From Daphnia carinata (taxonomy: Eukaryota), in NCBI RefSeq assembly GCF_022539665.2, contig NC_081332.1, forward strand, positions 1,860,001-1,924,000: DNA of 64,000 nucleotides, written 5' to 3'. Under the pieces are notes generated by a model. It had not been told where the DNA came from and did not search any database. It saw nothing but the letters and a program-made list of their open reading frames with translations. Below, in pieces: positions 63,501 through 64,000 of the stretch; the stretch's first letter is position 1, and every line of letters begins with the position of its first letter. The position numbers and the translations under genes were made by a program.

Positions 63501-64000
63501 TAACACGGGACGGCTAATGACGAGGCGATCAATTTCTAGGGAAATACCAGCACGGGGATGTTATAGCGAGAAGAAAACTTGGTCAAAGATGCCGCTAATG
63601 GACGGGGCGGTGAAATCACGGAAGTGTTTTGTTCGATTTTTCCCGCTAGCTCGTTCCGTCGTGTTCATTCAAATCGGTTTTTAATGGGAACCGTTGTTAA
63701 TTTGTGATTTTATTATGTTCAGCACTGCTAACGAAGCGCGTGAGAACTGTGGTAAATATAAAGAAAAACGTAAATGGGAATCAAAAACACGGTCGCCATC
63801 TATGAGAGATAAATACAAACTATTCTCCTACGCCATCTAGCCAACAAATTTTGTACCCTTTCGATTAAAAACAATTCGCCGGCAGATGACAAATAATACG
63901 CGTCAAACCGAAAATCTATCAAGAATGAAAGGTATAGTTTTATCTTACTTACAATCAAATCCCCCTTTTTAAAAAAATTAATTACTTGTTATTTACAGGA

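Overview
Eukaryotic, intron-rich genomic DNA with introns mostly of about 55-90 nt. The style suggests a crustacean, most likely Daphnia (inference, not a database match). From left to right: four tandem secreted trypsin-fold serine-protease homologues lacking the catalytic His, and the catalytic Ser where visible (minus strand); a compact housekeeping block (RidA, SRP19, RCE1, NPRL2); a homopolymer-rich non-coding territory and a Prrx-class paired-like homeobox gene; a second housekeeping block (SCYL3, ETFBKMT/METTL20, SETD9); tRNA-Glu(TTC); a roughly 4 kb repeat-rich island (dispersed repeat pieces, a CpG-poor stretch with splice signals, a GC-rich multi-hairpin element, two decayed tRNA-like sequences, a palindromic element); an SLC22 transporter; a secreted mucin-like/coiled-coil/C1q gene built from tandemly duplicated exon cassettes; aspartylglucosaminidase (AGA) with a 1-nt frameshift; PPM1H; and about 13 kb with no recognisable gene. 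No prokaryotic system or CRISPR array is present, and I cannot claim a clearly new biological system. The best candidates for something undescribed are the pseudo-protease array with a shared His-to-Ser/Ser-to-Glu site, the cassette-built C1q mucin gene, the MITEs and repeats carrying CTCF-like motifs, and the unexplained structured element at about 34.6-34.9 kb. Exon boundaries were read by eye and gene names come from recalled family motifs.
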